From Vicugna vicugna (taxonomy: Eukaryota): a stretch of DNA of 64,000 nt. Location: positions 879,674 through 943,673 of the forward strand of contig MU057651.1 in NCBI GenBank assembly GCA_013265495.1. The letters are read 5' to 3'. This document shows, piece by piece, positions 25,856-37,135 of this stretch (within the stretch, counting starts at the first letter, position 1; every line of letters begins with the position of its first letter). The position numbers were made by a program, and so were the translations under genes. The notes under the pieces are model-generated. The model searched no databases. It had not been told where the DNA came from and saw nothing but the letters and a program-made list of their open reading frames with translations.

Positions 25856-26829
25856 GAGTATGAGATGATCTATGCTCTAGTCACCATTTAATAAATAGAG
25901 AAAAATAAGGCATAGAGATAATCATTATTGTAGCTTGAATAAGACCTGGTAAGAAGTCTAGGTTAGGACCCAAATCGGAGTTCCCAATTCAGAAATCAAG
26001 ACTGGAACTAATACAAGGACCACCAGCATTTACACTAATGAAGAACCTTTCAGAGAATTTGAGCAGCCCCCTTATACTGTTGCCAAGTATGTAAGAGATC
26101 CTGAGCAAAAACTGCCCAGTTGAAAAGAACCATTTGATCATAATAAATCATTTTAAGCTTTTAAGCCACTAGGTTTTGGGATGGTTTGTTATGCAGTAAT
26201 CAGAATACTACATCAAGCAAGGGGAGTCAGTGGTTGTAGCCAAATAGATGAGCTTTTAAATCTCAGTGAGTCTACTGATTTTAAATGCTAGGATCCATGT
26301 TTGTCCCAAGCTATTCCCTGAAACCCATTTTCCTGAATACCTTCTAAGCACGTTGGGAGTGATGATGGGGGTTGGGGGTGCAGATACAAAGGAACTTGAA
26401 CAACCAGTCCTTGCCCTTGAAGAACTCAGTGTAGTGAGACAAAACATCAGTGCATTAAATAGCATGAGAACAGTTATAAGGCAACAAATTAGCAAGTTCA
26501 AACTATACAGTACAGCACAAATTGAATGCATGTGGCAATGTATGGCTACCCAAGCAGCAGGATGGAGCTAGACATTTTGGGCCCTGAAGGCAACATTTCA
26601 GAAAGGGCCTCCTTTTCTTTGTTAACAGTGAAATAAACATCTCCAGCAATGCAGGAGCTAGTTGTATGATAGTAACACTTTTGAAGAAAGAAAAAGGAGA
26701 TAACTTCCAGGGACAGTTATTTTTGTTTTAATTTTCCTTTGTTCTCTTTTCAGGATATGTGTTTTTTTGGCAAGCCACAATTTCCCTGAGCAGCAATTTC
26801 CTCACCTATAGACTGGAGATAACAGCCAG

Positions 26830-27115
26830 AGAGTAGTGGATTGAAAGTCAGGAAATCTGAATTGGAGTCTCAAATCTATCATTTACTAGCTGTGTGACCT
26901 TGGATACATCACCTCCCTGTCCCCTCCCCCACATCAGTTTCTTCTGTGCCAGGAAGAGACTGAGCTGAATGGTCTAGAAAGTCCTGGCCAACTCTAATGC
27001 TTGAGGCCACACACAGATAATTCAGCATGTTGAGAGTTGAAAAAGTAATGATGATGTATGTGAAAGTGCTCTGTAAGCCATAAAGTGGCATACAGATGTT
27101 AGGAATATCAATATT
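26830..27115 (+). mobile_element. MIR SINE fragments
   Basis: tttactagctgtgtgaccttgga...catcagtttcttc; atgtatgtgaaagtgctctgtaa. Confidence 0.6.
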
Positions 27116-27559
27116 ATTGCAGTTCCACGTGGAAAAAAAGCCCTGCAGTTCTCCTCTAAATTTAGGGCTTAAATATAAATGGGTACTGTCTGTCAAGGCA
27201 ACGCTTTCAGGCCCTTAGAGGATTCTGATAATTCTTTGTAACTATAGCTCACCGAATAAACACAAATTTGGACTAGTCTGTTGCAGGCTTACCAAGGCAT
27301 CAGCAGTGCTACTGTGATTTTAAGGATGGGTTTTTGGCCCAAGACAGAATCACAGGGACTGCTAGAACAGTGGTGGCTACCTAAGGTGAGCCGCTCCAAG
27401 TTTTCAAGACACCTAACAGTTAGTAGAGGGCCTTTCCGTGGGGCTTGGGAGCCCTCTTTGTAGAAGAAAGCAGATTTCTAAGTCGTCCCCTCTCCCTCCA
27501 CCCACACACCCATCTCCACCCTGCCTTGAGGGACACCAACGCTTTGTCACTTTACTAGT

Positions 27560-28800
27560 TGCGATGTGGACTTGGGAAACGCCCCGAAATGATAAGCATC
27601 CTGCTAGGGCATAATTTTCGAGACCAGCTCATCCTGCGTCCCGCGCACCAGCTCAGTACTGGACCAGGTGCACGCAGAGAGGCCGTTGTGCGGGAGGAGA
27701 GGGGTCGCAGGCTTTCGGCTGGGAAGTTGGAAGGTAGCCGGGGTCTTCAGACCGCCGGTGCGAGCGGTGGGGAGCTCCTAGGTGCACCCAGCGCCGAGGG
27801 GGAGGAGGGGCGGGAGGAGATGTGCGGTCCCTTTAAGACCCCAACGCTCGCTTCGCCGGAGGAGGGGGGTGCCGTGGGGGCGCTGCGTGATGGGAAAGTC
27901 GCCGGCTGAGCCTCACACTTTCTCCCGATTTCTTAACTTTCGGGTTGGGGGAGCGGGAGTAAAGGCCGACTTGCTGGGGCGGAGAGGGGCTGCCGGCTTG
28001 CAGCGGCTGCGTGCTCGCGGACTTCCCGCCCGCGCCGAGCGGCCGGCCTCTCCGGCCAAGTGGGGAGCGGGCGGCGGGCGGGCAGGTGGCCCCGGGCCGC
28101 CGCGCCCGCGCCTTGGCTCTGCCCCCGGGAGCCGAGCGAGCCGCTGCTCCCTCGTGGTGTGAGGGCGGTGATGTTTTTCCTCCCACCCACTTTTGAGTCC
28201 CCCCTCCTCCCTCGCGCACTCTAGCTCTCGCCACAACCTGCGAGCCCCAGACCTCGGAGGAGCGCCCCGGGGAGCTCCGAGCGCTTGCACGCGTGGAAGA
28301 CGGAGAAGGCCAGTGGCCAGGTCAGTGAGCAGTGCCCGGCGCCCGCTTCCCCTCCCTCCCTTTCCAGCCGTTGCACAGGTGGGCTATCTCCCCCCAGGGC
28401 AACCCGGACTCCCCACTCTGCCACCCCAACCCGCTCTACCGTCCGGGGCGCCGGACCCCCAGGCAGGTCGGGGTTGGGGGAGGGCTTGGATTCGAACTCA
28501 CCACTCGCCACTCCCGCTCGGCCTGCATATCTCCAGTCTCTGAAGCTGCTGGGAGGCCACTTGGGTAACTACCTAACGGGTTCTGCAGTCGCCTTAGTAA
28601 TCGTGTGTCCTGAGCCCTTTTCCTCGCTTGCTGAAGTGCCCTGGACCAGTGGGTGGTTCGTAAGTGCAAAAGTTAACGAAACAGGGCGGACAAGCGAGAG
28701 GCTCCTCTCTCCGCTGGACATGTCTCATTTTCCGGTCAGGACCACTGGGGTCAGAGTTGGAGACGCTAGGCTTAGGGAGTAACGCAGTATCGCCAGAACT
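27560..28800 (+). promoter_or_regulatory. CHRDL1: CpG island / CHRDL1 promoter
   Basis: Sharp switch to GC-rich, CpG-dense, repeat-free sequence with GC boxes (gggcgg) in an otherwise CpG-depleted window, 3.6 kb upstream of the first coding exon. Confidence 0.88.
28200..28320 (+). other. CHRDL1: CHRDL1 exon 1 (5'UTR; start approximate)
   Basis: Donor CAG|GTCAGT at 28320/28321 inside the CpG island; ...gacggagaaggccagtggccag resembles the recalled CHRDL1 5'UTR; TSS cannot be fixed from sequence. Confidence 0.7.
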
Positions 28801-30332
28801 TAGGGCCTGAAAAGCCTGCCTTCTAGTTTCTGCCGGCCCTGCCACGAACACTATGAGAATGGGCAGTTGAGTTGTCTGGGCTCCAGGGTGCCCGTTTTGA
28901 AGGTAGTAGAGTTGTTGTGGGCAATAAAATGAAATGATAGAAAGCAAGGTGTTTTGCAAGCCGAAGTCAAGGCATTGTTTGTCAGTCATAGCAGCAATGA
29001 CGGCATCTCGACTCTGACCAAAGACACCCAGGGCTGAAGCTGCTATTTTTCAGTAGCAACCTACCACGGGTGAACTGAACTTTTCTTGCTGGGTGGTAGA
29101 CTGGGGAGAGGATTTTAGCTGATGGACAGGGGCCTGAGACTCCAGTGTCTTCTTCTTGTTTGTCAGAAAGAGAATTGCTACCCTGGGGGCTGTCCCACAG
29201 ATGATAGTGAATGTGAGATTACAAGGGCAGTGAAGCCTCTTGGGAGGATTAAAGAGATACTGTGGGGCGTGAAGAGCTAGCTGACATGGGCTCACCCCTT
29301 AGCCTTCCTTTGGGAATGCCTCTGATTCTGTTCTACCGAGATGTCTTCTGAGAATAGGCAGACGCCTGACACTTGATGGCCCAGATCGCTTTGTAGTTAC
29401 AGTTGGGCAAGGAGCCCTTGGTCCCTTTGCTTGATGCAAATGAACTCTGAGAAGGTGAAGGCTTGTTTCACTGGGGCAGCTTAATCAATACATGTCTTTC
29501 AGTTCTGACATGTTTCTTGTGCTCTTGGAAAGCCCACCTGCTCTCCCCAGCTCCTCAGTGTTAGTCTGGGATTTTGTTTTCTTTGTTGTTTTCTTGTTGG
29601 GGCCTGGATTCCCCCTCCCCAAATATGTCAATGGCTACATTTCTAAGTAACCTGTGAAAGAGCCAGTGCAAGTTCAATGGCCCAGCAGCCTCTGTGAAGC
29701 AGACAGAGAGTTAATGCTGAAATAACTCCAGTTAACTGGGTCAAAGTATAATTTGAAAAATTAAGGACAGTTTGGCTCTTTGCAAGTGTAAGAGTAGGCA
29801 TGTTTGCTGAGCAATGCTTGCTTGTGTTTATTGCTGCAGCCCCAACAAATGTCTTGAATCAACCCCCTTCCCCAAAAGAAAAAGTTAAAAGGATAAAATG
29901 AAATTGAACAGAGACGTGTGGAGGGAACTCTCCTAGGGTTATATTTCTGCTCAGAATACAAAGGCAGGACTTCAGAATCTTGTAAATCAAAAGTGATTAT
30001 TTATAAAGCGATTCACTTTCTGATGGTCTCCATCACAGCCTGGGAGGCCACACAGATGACAGGAACGCCGAAAGAGATTAATTACTCTCTAGTCACCAAC
30101 TTTTCTATTTGCTCATACCATTAACTGAGACCTAAGAAAAGCAGTAAAATTCTCAGAGCCGTTTTCTTGCCAGCTTGAGTTATGAAGCAATGCTACTGTT
30201 CACCGAATCACCCAACCATTGTACAAGAAAAACAACCCAGTTGGTTCTTGCTTGGGGAGACCCAAAAACTGTGGTTTCAAAAATATCCCCTGAGATCCAG
30301 ATGTGATTGTGATCAATTGGATTTTGGTGGTA

Positions 30333-30370
30333 AAAACAAAAACAAACAAAACAAAACAAAAACAAAAAAA
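30333..30370. repeat. (AAAAC)n simple repeat
   Basis: aaaaacaaaaacaaacaaaacaaaacaaaaacaaaaaaa. Confidence 0.85.
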
Positions 30371-31907
30371 CACCTTTCCCATTTGGAGACTTGGGGGATC
30401 AGCTTATTAAAGTAGGCTCAGGAAGAAGCTCACTGGGATGGGTAACTGTGTTAAACTGTCCATGGAAATGATTTGCTTCAAGGGAACTTGGTAGCTCTCA
30501 GAGGATAGAGATAGGCATTCTGAGTGATTGAAGGTGGACCAGAAGCTCATAGAGGGGACCAGCACATCAGGAGCCAGGCCTTTGGAAGGCTACGAACATG
30601 TCCTAGGAGAATTCAGTCCTTGTTTAAGAAGCAAGGAGGAAGTAGAGAATGCAGACCAGTGCTGCAAATCCCGGTTGATAGAATAAGTTATTCTCTATGA
30701 TCAGTTTTTTTTGTTACATACTCATAATTTGAAACAATGGATTTTAAATTATCTGGCCAATTTCATAGCATTTAAAGTAAGAGCTATGGCATCCACAGCG
30801 TGGCCCAAAGACAATTCAGTTCTCCGGAACGATCATCTTGCATTCCATCCAGCTCTTTATACTCAATATTTAGGTTGGACCCTCTGAAGAGATCGTTGAG
30901 CTCAGTTCCCATCCAAGGTTAACCCCAGTTTGAAATGTGGTGTTTCTCGAATTATTTAAATATTTTCAAATCACCCATTTGAAGAGTTTTGCCAACTCTA
31001 AAGTCTATAGAGATGACCTATGACTGGGTATGAGCTATAGCAAACCTTCTGTGTTCTAAGACTCGAAAGGTTTAAGATTTCCACCCCTTAGACTGGAAAT
31101 ACAGGTCTCATATTTTTAAGAGCTGTAGTTCCTTTTTTTTTTTTTGATGGCCTTTTGCATGGTAATGTAGTACGAACACATTACCTATTTAAATTTGCCT
31201 GATATTCCTTAAAAACGGCCCGTTTTAAATTGCTATTTCACAAGGGACTTCATGTGACAGGAATATGTCTGAACCATTCGGTGTTTAAATTGCATCCATT
31301 TGCTAAGTACGTCTATCTGTTCCAACATAGGTAGGCAAGCTGCAAATCCTTATAGATCTCATAGCAGACACAGGAGAAACATTGACCAATTTGTGCCTCA
31401 TCCCTGAAGGATTAATAATAATGGTAGTCTTAAAGCTCCAATCCATTAACTTTCATTTCAGAAATTGTTTGAGTCACTGCCCATTATTTTTATCTTGTTT
31501 GCCAAAGTAGCCGTTTTGCAAGCCCCAGTTTCCCTGTTCTCCCAAAGAAAACCTCTTGAGAAATCAACTTTTAATTCCCTTAGAAATGAGGGTTTCAAAA
31601 TTTCTTTTTATTTTCCTATCACTTGCCCGTAAGGATTTAGCCTTAGCGTTGGATAGGAATATATGTTCATCTGCTTGAATTTCCCCCTACGATCTTTGCA
31701 GGACAGGAGAGGCAAGTTCTCTTTCTTGGGGTGGGGGGGCGAGGGGGGAGGAACAATGCTTGCACCTATGTAAATTCGCCAGTGTTCTCCTCCCACCCCC
31801 ACTGCCCTCCAAGCAAGTTAGAAGCCTAAGCATCAGAGATCTCCACTGGTTCCAGAGAATCTGCTCTAAGTCTTTGTTTGTTTGTTTGTTTGTTTTCTTC
31901 CCAACAG

Positions 31908-31959
31908 CTTGAGTACACCAGGCCCTGAAAGTTTCAAGTTGCCCTTTGTAGTGGCCAGA
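31908..31959 (+). other. CHRDL1: CHRDL1 exon 2, 5'UTR part
   Basis: Acceptor ttttcttcccaacag| ending 31907, after a (TTTG)n tract. Confidence 0.7.
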
Positions 31960-32056
31960 ATGAGAAAAAAGTGGAAAATGGGAAGCATGAGATACATCTT
32001 TTCCTTGTTGCTGTTCTTTCTTTTCCTAGAAGGAAGCAAAACAGAGCAAGTAAAAC
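31960..32056 (+). CDS. CHRDL1: Chordin-like 1, first coding exon (signal peptide)
   Basis: [32 protein letters not shown] plus 1 nt (97 nt, phase 1); donor AAC|GTAAGT; matches the CHRDL1 N-terminus [31 protein letters not shown]. Confidence 0.96.
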
Positions 32057-33942
32057 GTAAGTGTCTTGAGTTTAAAAAAACAAGTTACTTTCTTGTAATT
32101 TTGAAAATGTGGTTATACTCTATAGGGATTGTGATTTAGCCCAAATGTGGCCGTGCCATCATTCTAAGAGAAGAAAGTGAATGTTACTGGTTTATGCATG
32201 AGTTGATAAAAGAATGAGAGCTTTGAATCGGGCCAACTAAATTTGGGGCTGTTTTTCTGATTATCATATAGTTTTCATCTCACAGAACACATGACACATT
32301 AGCCTATTTGCCTTTTCCTGTTCTAAACTGTACAAATCTCATTCCATTTTACGTAATTCTAGAAATATCTGACAGATGAGCTGGATTTTTTCCCAAATTT
32401 CAGACTCTTCAGCAAAGATTTTCAGTTTATGAAAAAGAATAACACAGGAAAAAAAAAAGAGCGAGAGAGAGAAAGAAAAAGTAAAGCAGGCTCTGCCTTG
32501 TTCCCTTTTGCCGGAAAACGAAGAAGGAAAAAAACCTTCACATGAACTGGATTCGGATGAAAAATCCTTTGAGGAAATTGAGATTCCAGGGACCGTGAGC
32601 AAATTGGATGCCATTTATTGAAAGGAACGTCCCCACAAAGCCAGGGAATATTTCTAGAAAGTCAGCGATCCGTGTGATGGGCTAACACATTGGAGAAAGC
32701 AGAGCGGCAGGAAAGGGGATAATTAACCCTCCTTGCGGCCACATTTGGGAGATTTATGAGTAGCTGTTGACATCTCTGCTCTTGTTAGGAGCCTTCTGCT
32801 GCCTTCACCCAGTGTGAGCCTTACCTTCTTTGGGCCACTTGCAGCCACCTCTGAGGTGGACCCTTGCTCTAAATTTGAAGGAAAAGCCATAGTCTGGTTC
32901 CCCTTTCTGGCTGCATCAAAAGAAGCACAAAGTGGAACTGGTCCAAGAGGGGCATTCTCTGCTCCACTGAACTTATTCATGAGAAGGAACTGAAAATATG
33001 CTTGGTAGGAGCTGAAACAGCATCTGAAGCCCATCACTTAAATATTTATCTCCTTTATCAGCACAAGTTCAATATATGAGGCCTGAGGCTGGCTGACTGG
33101 GAGAGCAGTGCCAAACCTATTCCACTGATACATGTGTTTCTATCCCACTGTGATTTTCATAGTAAAGTTAGTCCTCTTCCTGGGAGAAACAGTGCTTTTG
33201 ATTAGGCTTTTAAGCATGAGTGATCTGTGGTGATATCTAGTATGAGGGATACACAGAAGGAAGTTTGGCAGGGCACTGCCTCAGCAAGGAGTCTTGGATC
33301 AGCCTCTCCTCTTGTATTCCTCAACTGACCTCCTTCTCCTTCTACTCTGAATCCGTCTCAGAACCCTCTTCTTCCAGAAGTCCTCCTTGATTTAAGTGAA
33401 TGTGATAGAAAAGTTGCTTATCCGTTGTCAGCTAAGCTCACAAGCAGTTGGACTTAAAAACCTTCCTCTCTTAGGAAGAAACTTCCCTTCGGGCTCTATG
33501 GCATCAGGGTGAAGCTTGCAACATTTAGAGGACCATCTCTTCTGGGAAGCCTTCCATATTCATGAAGAATTAAGGCATATTATCCATGCAACTTAGAGCT
33601 TAATTGACAAACCAAAGAAAAATATGATTTAAAAACGATCAACAGACCCCAAACTATCACTCTCTAACATTTCCTACTGCCTGTGAGTTTGTCCCAAGCC
33701 CTTTTGATATTCAAGTGGTGTCAAAATGATTATGTAACAGGTGGTCTAGGGAACCAGTTCTAGTCTAGTCTTTCAGGCTTATAGTCAGATAACGAGGCTA
33801 AGGTCATGGTCATTCCCTGAATGAGCCACTCGGCATCATTCTGTGTGACCACATCCATGCTAACTCTCTTGAAGACATGTGCAAAGTTATCTCTACTAAA
33901 AGGAAACTCTCAAAGCGTATGCCCTATATATGTTGCCTTGAT

Positions 33943-33977
33943 ACACACACACACACACGCACATACACACACACACA
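33943..33977. repeat. (CA)n microsatellite
   Basis: tacacacacacacacacgcacatacacacacacaca. Confidence 0.9.
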
Positions 33978-34129
33978 GCATGCACAAAGATTTACATTGC
34001 AGCTTTAACAGGGAGAAACTAGAAGCAGTGGAGAATGGTTACATAAATGATCCATGTAATGTACTATCATGCTACCATTCAAACACTGCTTATTGAATAC
34101 TTGATAGCCCTGGAAAAGGCTTATATTAA

Positions 34130-35270
34130 CTTATTTTGAAATTTCTTAAATTTTAAAATTAATAATACTCATTGTACAAAATGACATGAGAGTATCTGAG
34201 CTTTATAAAGAATGTATATTCTTCAACTTTCATCCCACTCCCTAGAGATGACCATGACTGATAGCTTGCTATGTATTCTTCCAAACTCTTTTCTCTGTAT
34301 GTTATAAAAACATACATACATGTCTATAGGGTTTTTTTCTTTTACAAAAGATGGGGTTTTATATATATCTTTCCTGTAACTTGCTCTTATTCAGCAATGT
34401 ATCCAGGACATTCTTCCATGTTAGAACATTGAAGTGTAACTGTACCATAGTCTTTCTAATGCCTACATAGTTTCCAGTTATACTAGTGAGACATGGTTTG
34501 TTTAACCAGTCCCTATTTGTAGGTATTTAGGTTGTTTCCAGTTTTTGCTCTTACCATAAATAAGGCATTAATGAACACTTTAAGGCACTTAAGCAAGTGT
34601 TTGTGAGGAATTGTTAGGTCAAAGTGCATGTTCAGCTTTAATCTTGGTAAGAACTGTCAAATTGTCCTTCAGAAAAAGTCATATCATTGTGTCAGTTTCT
34701 GGTGTACAGCATAATGTTTCAGTCATACATATACATACATATATTCCTTTTCATACCATTTCTAATTCCTTCACCAAAAGTATTATTACTCTTGGTATTT
34801 TAGGGCTAATTTAACCAGGGAAATTGTATTTCAATTTTGCTGTGATAGTTTCCTATTACTGGAGGATCTTTGCAATTATTTTTTAATTCAATTGTATTTC
34901 TTCAGTGAATTGGCTATTTTTCAGTTGGGTTGTTTGTCCTATTGATTTGCAGAGACTTATTTATTAACATTCTGTTATTTCAAATGTTGTTATTAACCTT
35001 TCATATTTCATGTATTATTTACCCAGTCTTCCCTTTGATTTAAGCTTTGTGTAAGTTGTGTTGTCCCGTACAGAAGTTTTACATTTTTGTGTAGTCAGAT
35101 CTGCCATTCATTTCCTTTGTGGCTTGTAGACTTCTTATTCCTAGGAATGTCTTTCCCACTCCATACTCTTGTATTTTCTTCGACTACTTCTATAATTTGG
35201 TGTTTTACCCATAGTTCTCTATTCCATCTGAAATTTATGTTCACATGTGTTGTGCAATAAGGAACTACTT
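34130..35270 (-). mobile_element. Old L1ME-type fragment(s)
   Basis: tatttaggttgtttccagtttttgct; tacagaagttttacatttttgtgtagtcagatctg; tattccatctgaaattta. Confidence 0.65.
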
Positions 35271-36739
35271 CTTATCTCTGGGTAGTAGATTCATGACTGT
35301 TATTTTTGTTTGTTTTTGTGCTTCTTTTATTTATTCCAAAGTTTTCACAATTGGCAAGTATTATTTTTACAACAGGGGAAAAGTCCTTTAAAGTAAAAGA
35401 ACATCTTGTTTCCCATATTTCTGTTGTCAAGTTCTAGAGAAGGGTAGGTTTGGGAGTGGAAGAAGGAAAAAGAGGGGTTTTTTAACTTAAAAAAAACTAG
35501 AGAAACTTGAGGGAACGTGTAAGTTTAAGGGTAATAAGGCTTCACATCTCTCCTTGCTGCCTGATGCCATCTTACCTAAGGAAACCAAGGTTTTTGATCT
35601 TCCACAGGCTGGTTCGAATATGAGCTCCTAGATCAAGGTGGATGCTCTGTAGCCTGTCCCCTCTCCTATTTTAGGCATCAGGGTGGAATGGGGGGTGGTG
35701 CTGTTCTGGTCAAAGATGCACACTCAATTGGTGAAGAATCTGAAGAGGTCTGGAGAAAATGCTTTATTTGCAGAAAATTATTTTCACAAGGAAAGGTAGA
35801 AGTGCGTGCTACCACTTGCTAATTAGCCGGAGTTACGGTGCTCTCATGGGAGGGAAAACAGGCTCAGGAACCCAGGAAATACTGACGGTGCATTGCAGTA
35901 GATGAATGAGCCATTTGTGACTTATATGAAAGTTTGTTACTGTCCAGAAGCAGCAAGGTTTGAGGTCTTTAGCTGGGAAAAGTCTTTCTGTAACACCATT
36001 ATGCTCTGTTGTTATAGTTGTAGTCAAAAGAGGCCAGGAAGTTCTTTTGAAGTTCAAGGGAGCATAACATTCAGTGCATAATATTCATGCAAATATAGGA
36101 CAAACTGGGCTGAAGAGTTTGCCTCTTTTGGCAGATCTGACTTAGGTAATGAACTATTGATCAAAGTGAGGTGGAAGAATTGAGTTGTTAAGAATACTCA
36201 GTTATGTATTTCAAATGGACCAGCCTGTGCCAAGGCTGACAAAATCCTGGGGGGAGAAATAGTTCATGTATTTTATGGCGTCCATCCCTGCTTTGTACGG
36301 TGAGTTAGCTGGATCTTCCGAGGGACTAGATTCTCAATCATTTTTCTCCTCAGGAGAAAAGCTTCCAACATTTGTATTTGGCTGAAAATGGCCTCTGAAC
36401 TTCCCAGGAAGAGTGAGTCCCCAAAAGATTGACGGGAAGGAGGAAGATACTTAGACAATTTGAGACATGGGAAGCACGGCCTTATGGAGCTTACCCAGAG
36501 CCTCTTTATTGTGAAAGCCAGCCAGAGAGGCTTGACTTTTCCTCCTCCAGATTCTCACTTGGACATTCGAAGTGATTATTTGACAAAAGAAAGAAACAAG
36601 CAAAAGAATAGACCTAGTCACTTCTTAGAAGTTGAAATAGGTGGGAAAGTAAATGAAGAATACTTTAAAATTAGATAGCTTAATGCTTTTCAAGGTATAG
36701 TATTAATTATTTTTTATGTTGAGGTGGAGGAATGGGGTT

Positions 36740-37135
36740 GGATATGGAGGTTCTAGAGTCCACGTAGATCAACCCCAGCTCCCTGACTTTTGTAACGTAC
36801 CTTGGGAATGCTGCTTAACCTCTCCGACTTTAGTGTTCTTATCAGTATAGTTGGGAAAATAATAGTATATTGACCATCAGCATGGTTGGTTGAAGAATAA
36901 ATGAGACTGTGCACACCAGGGGCTTTGCAACAGTGGCTGGCACACAGTTTTTAGTAAGTGGTAGCTACTAGAGTAACTCTATTGCAAGCCAAATGATATA
37001 ATCCCCTTAATTTTTAGATGAGAAACTTGAAACTCAATGAGATCCAGAGACTTTGTATAAGGACAGAGAGCAAGTCCAAGCCAGGGCTAGAACTAAAACC
37101 CAGGTCTCCAAATTCAGTGTTATATTCGCTACAGC
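36740..37135. mobile_element. Two MIR SINEs, opposite orientations
   Basis: ccttgggaatgctgcttaacctctc (+); ttttagatgagaaacttgaaactca (-). Confidence 0.65.

Noticed and set aside
27559..28989. Many overlapping 60-165 aa ORFs on both strands
   Set aside because: Stop-codon depletion in a CpG island; low-complexity Arg/Pro/Gly translations with no recognisable domain
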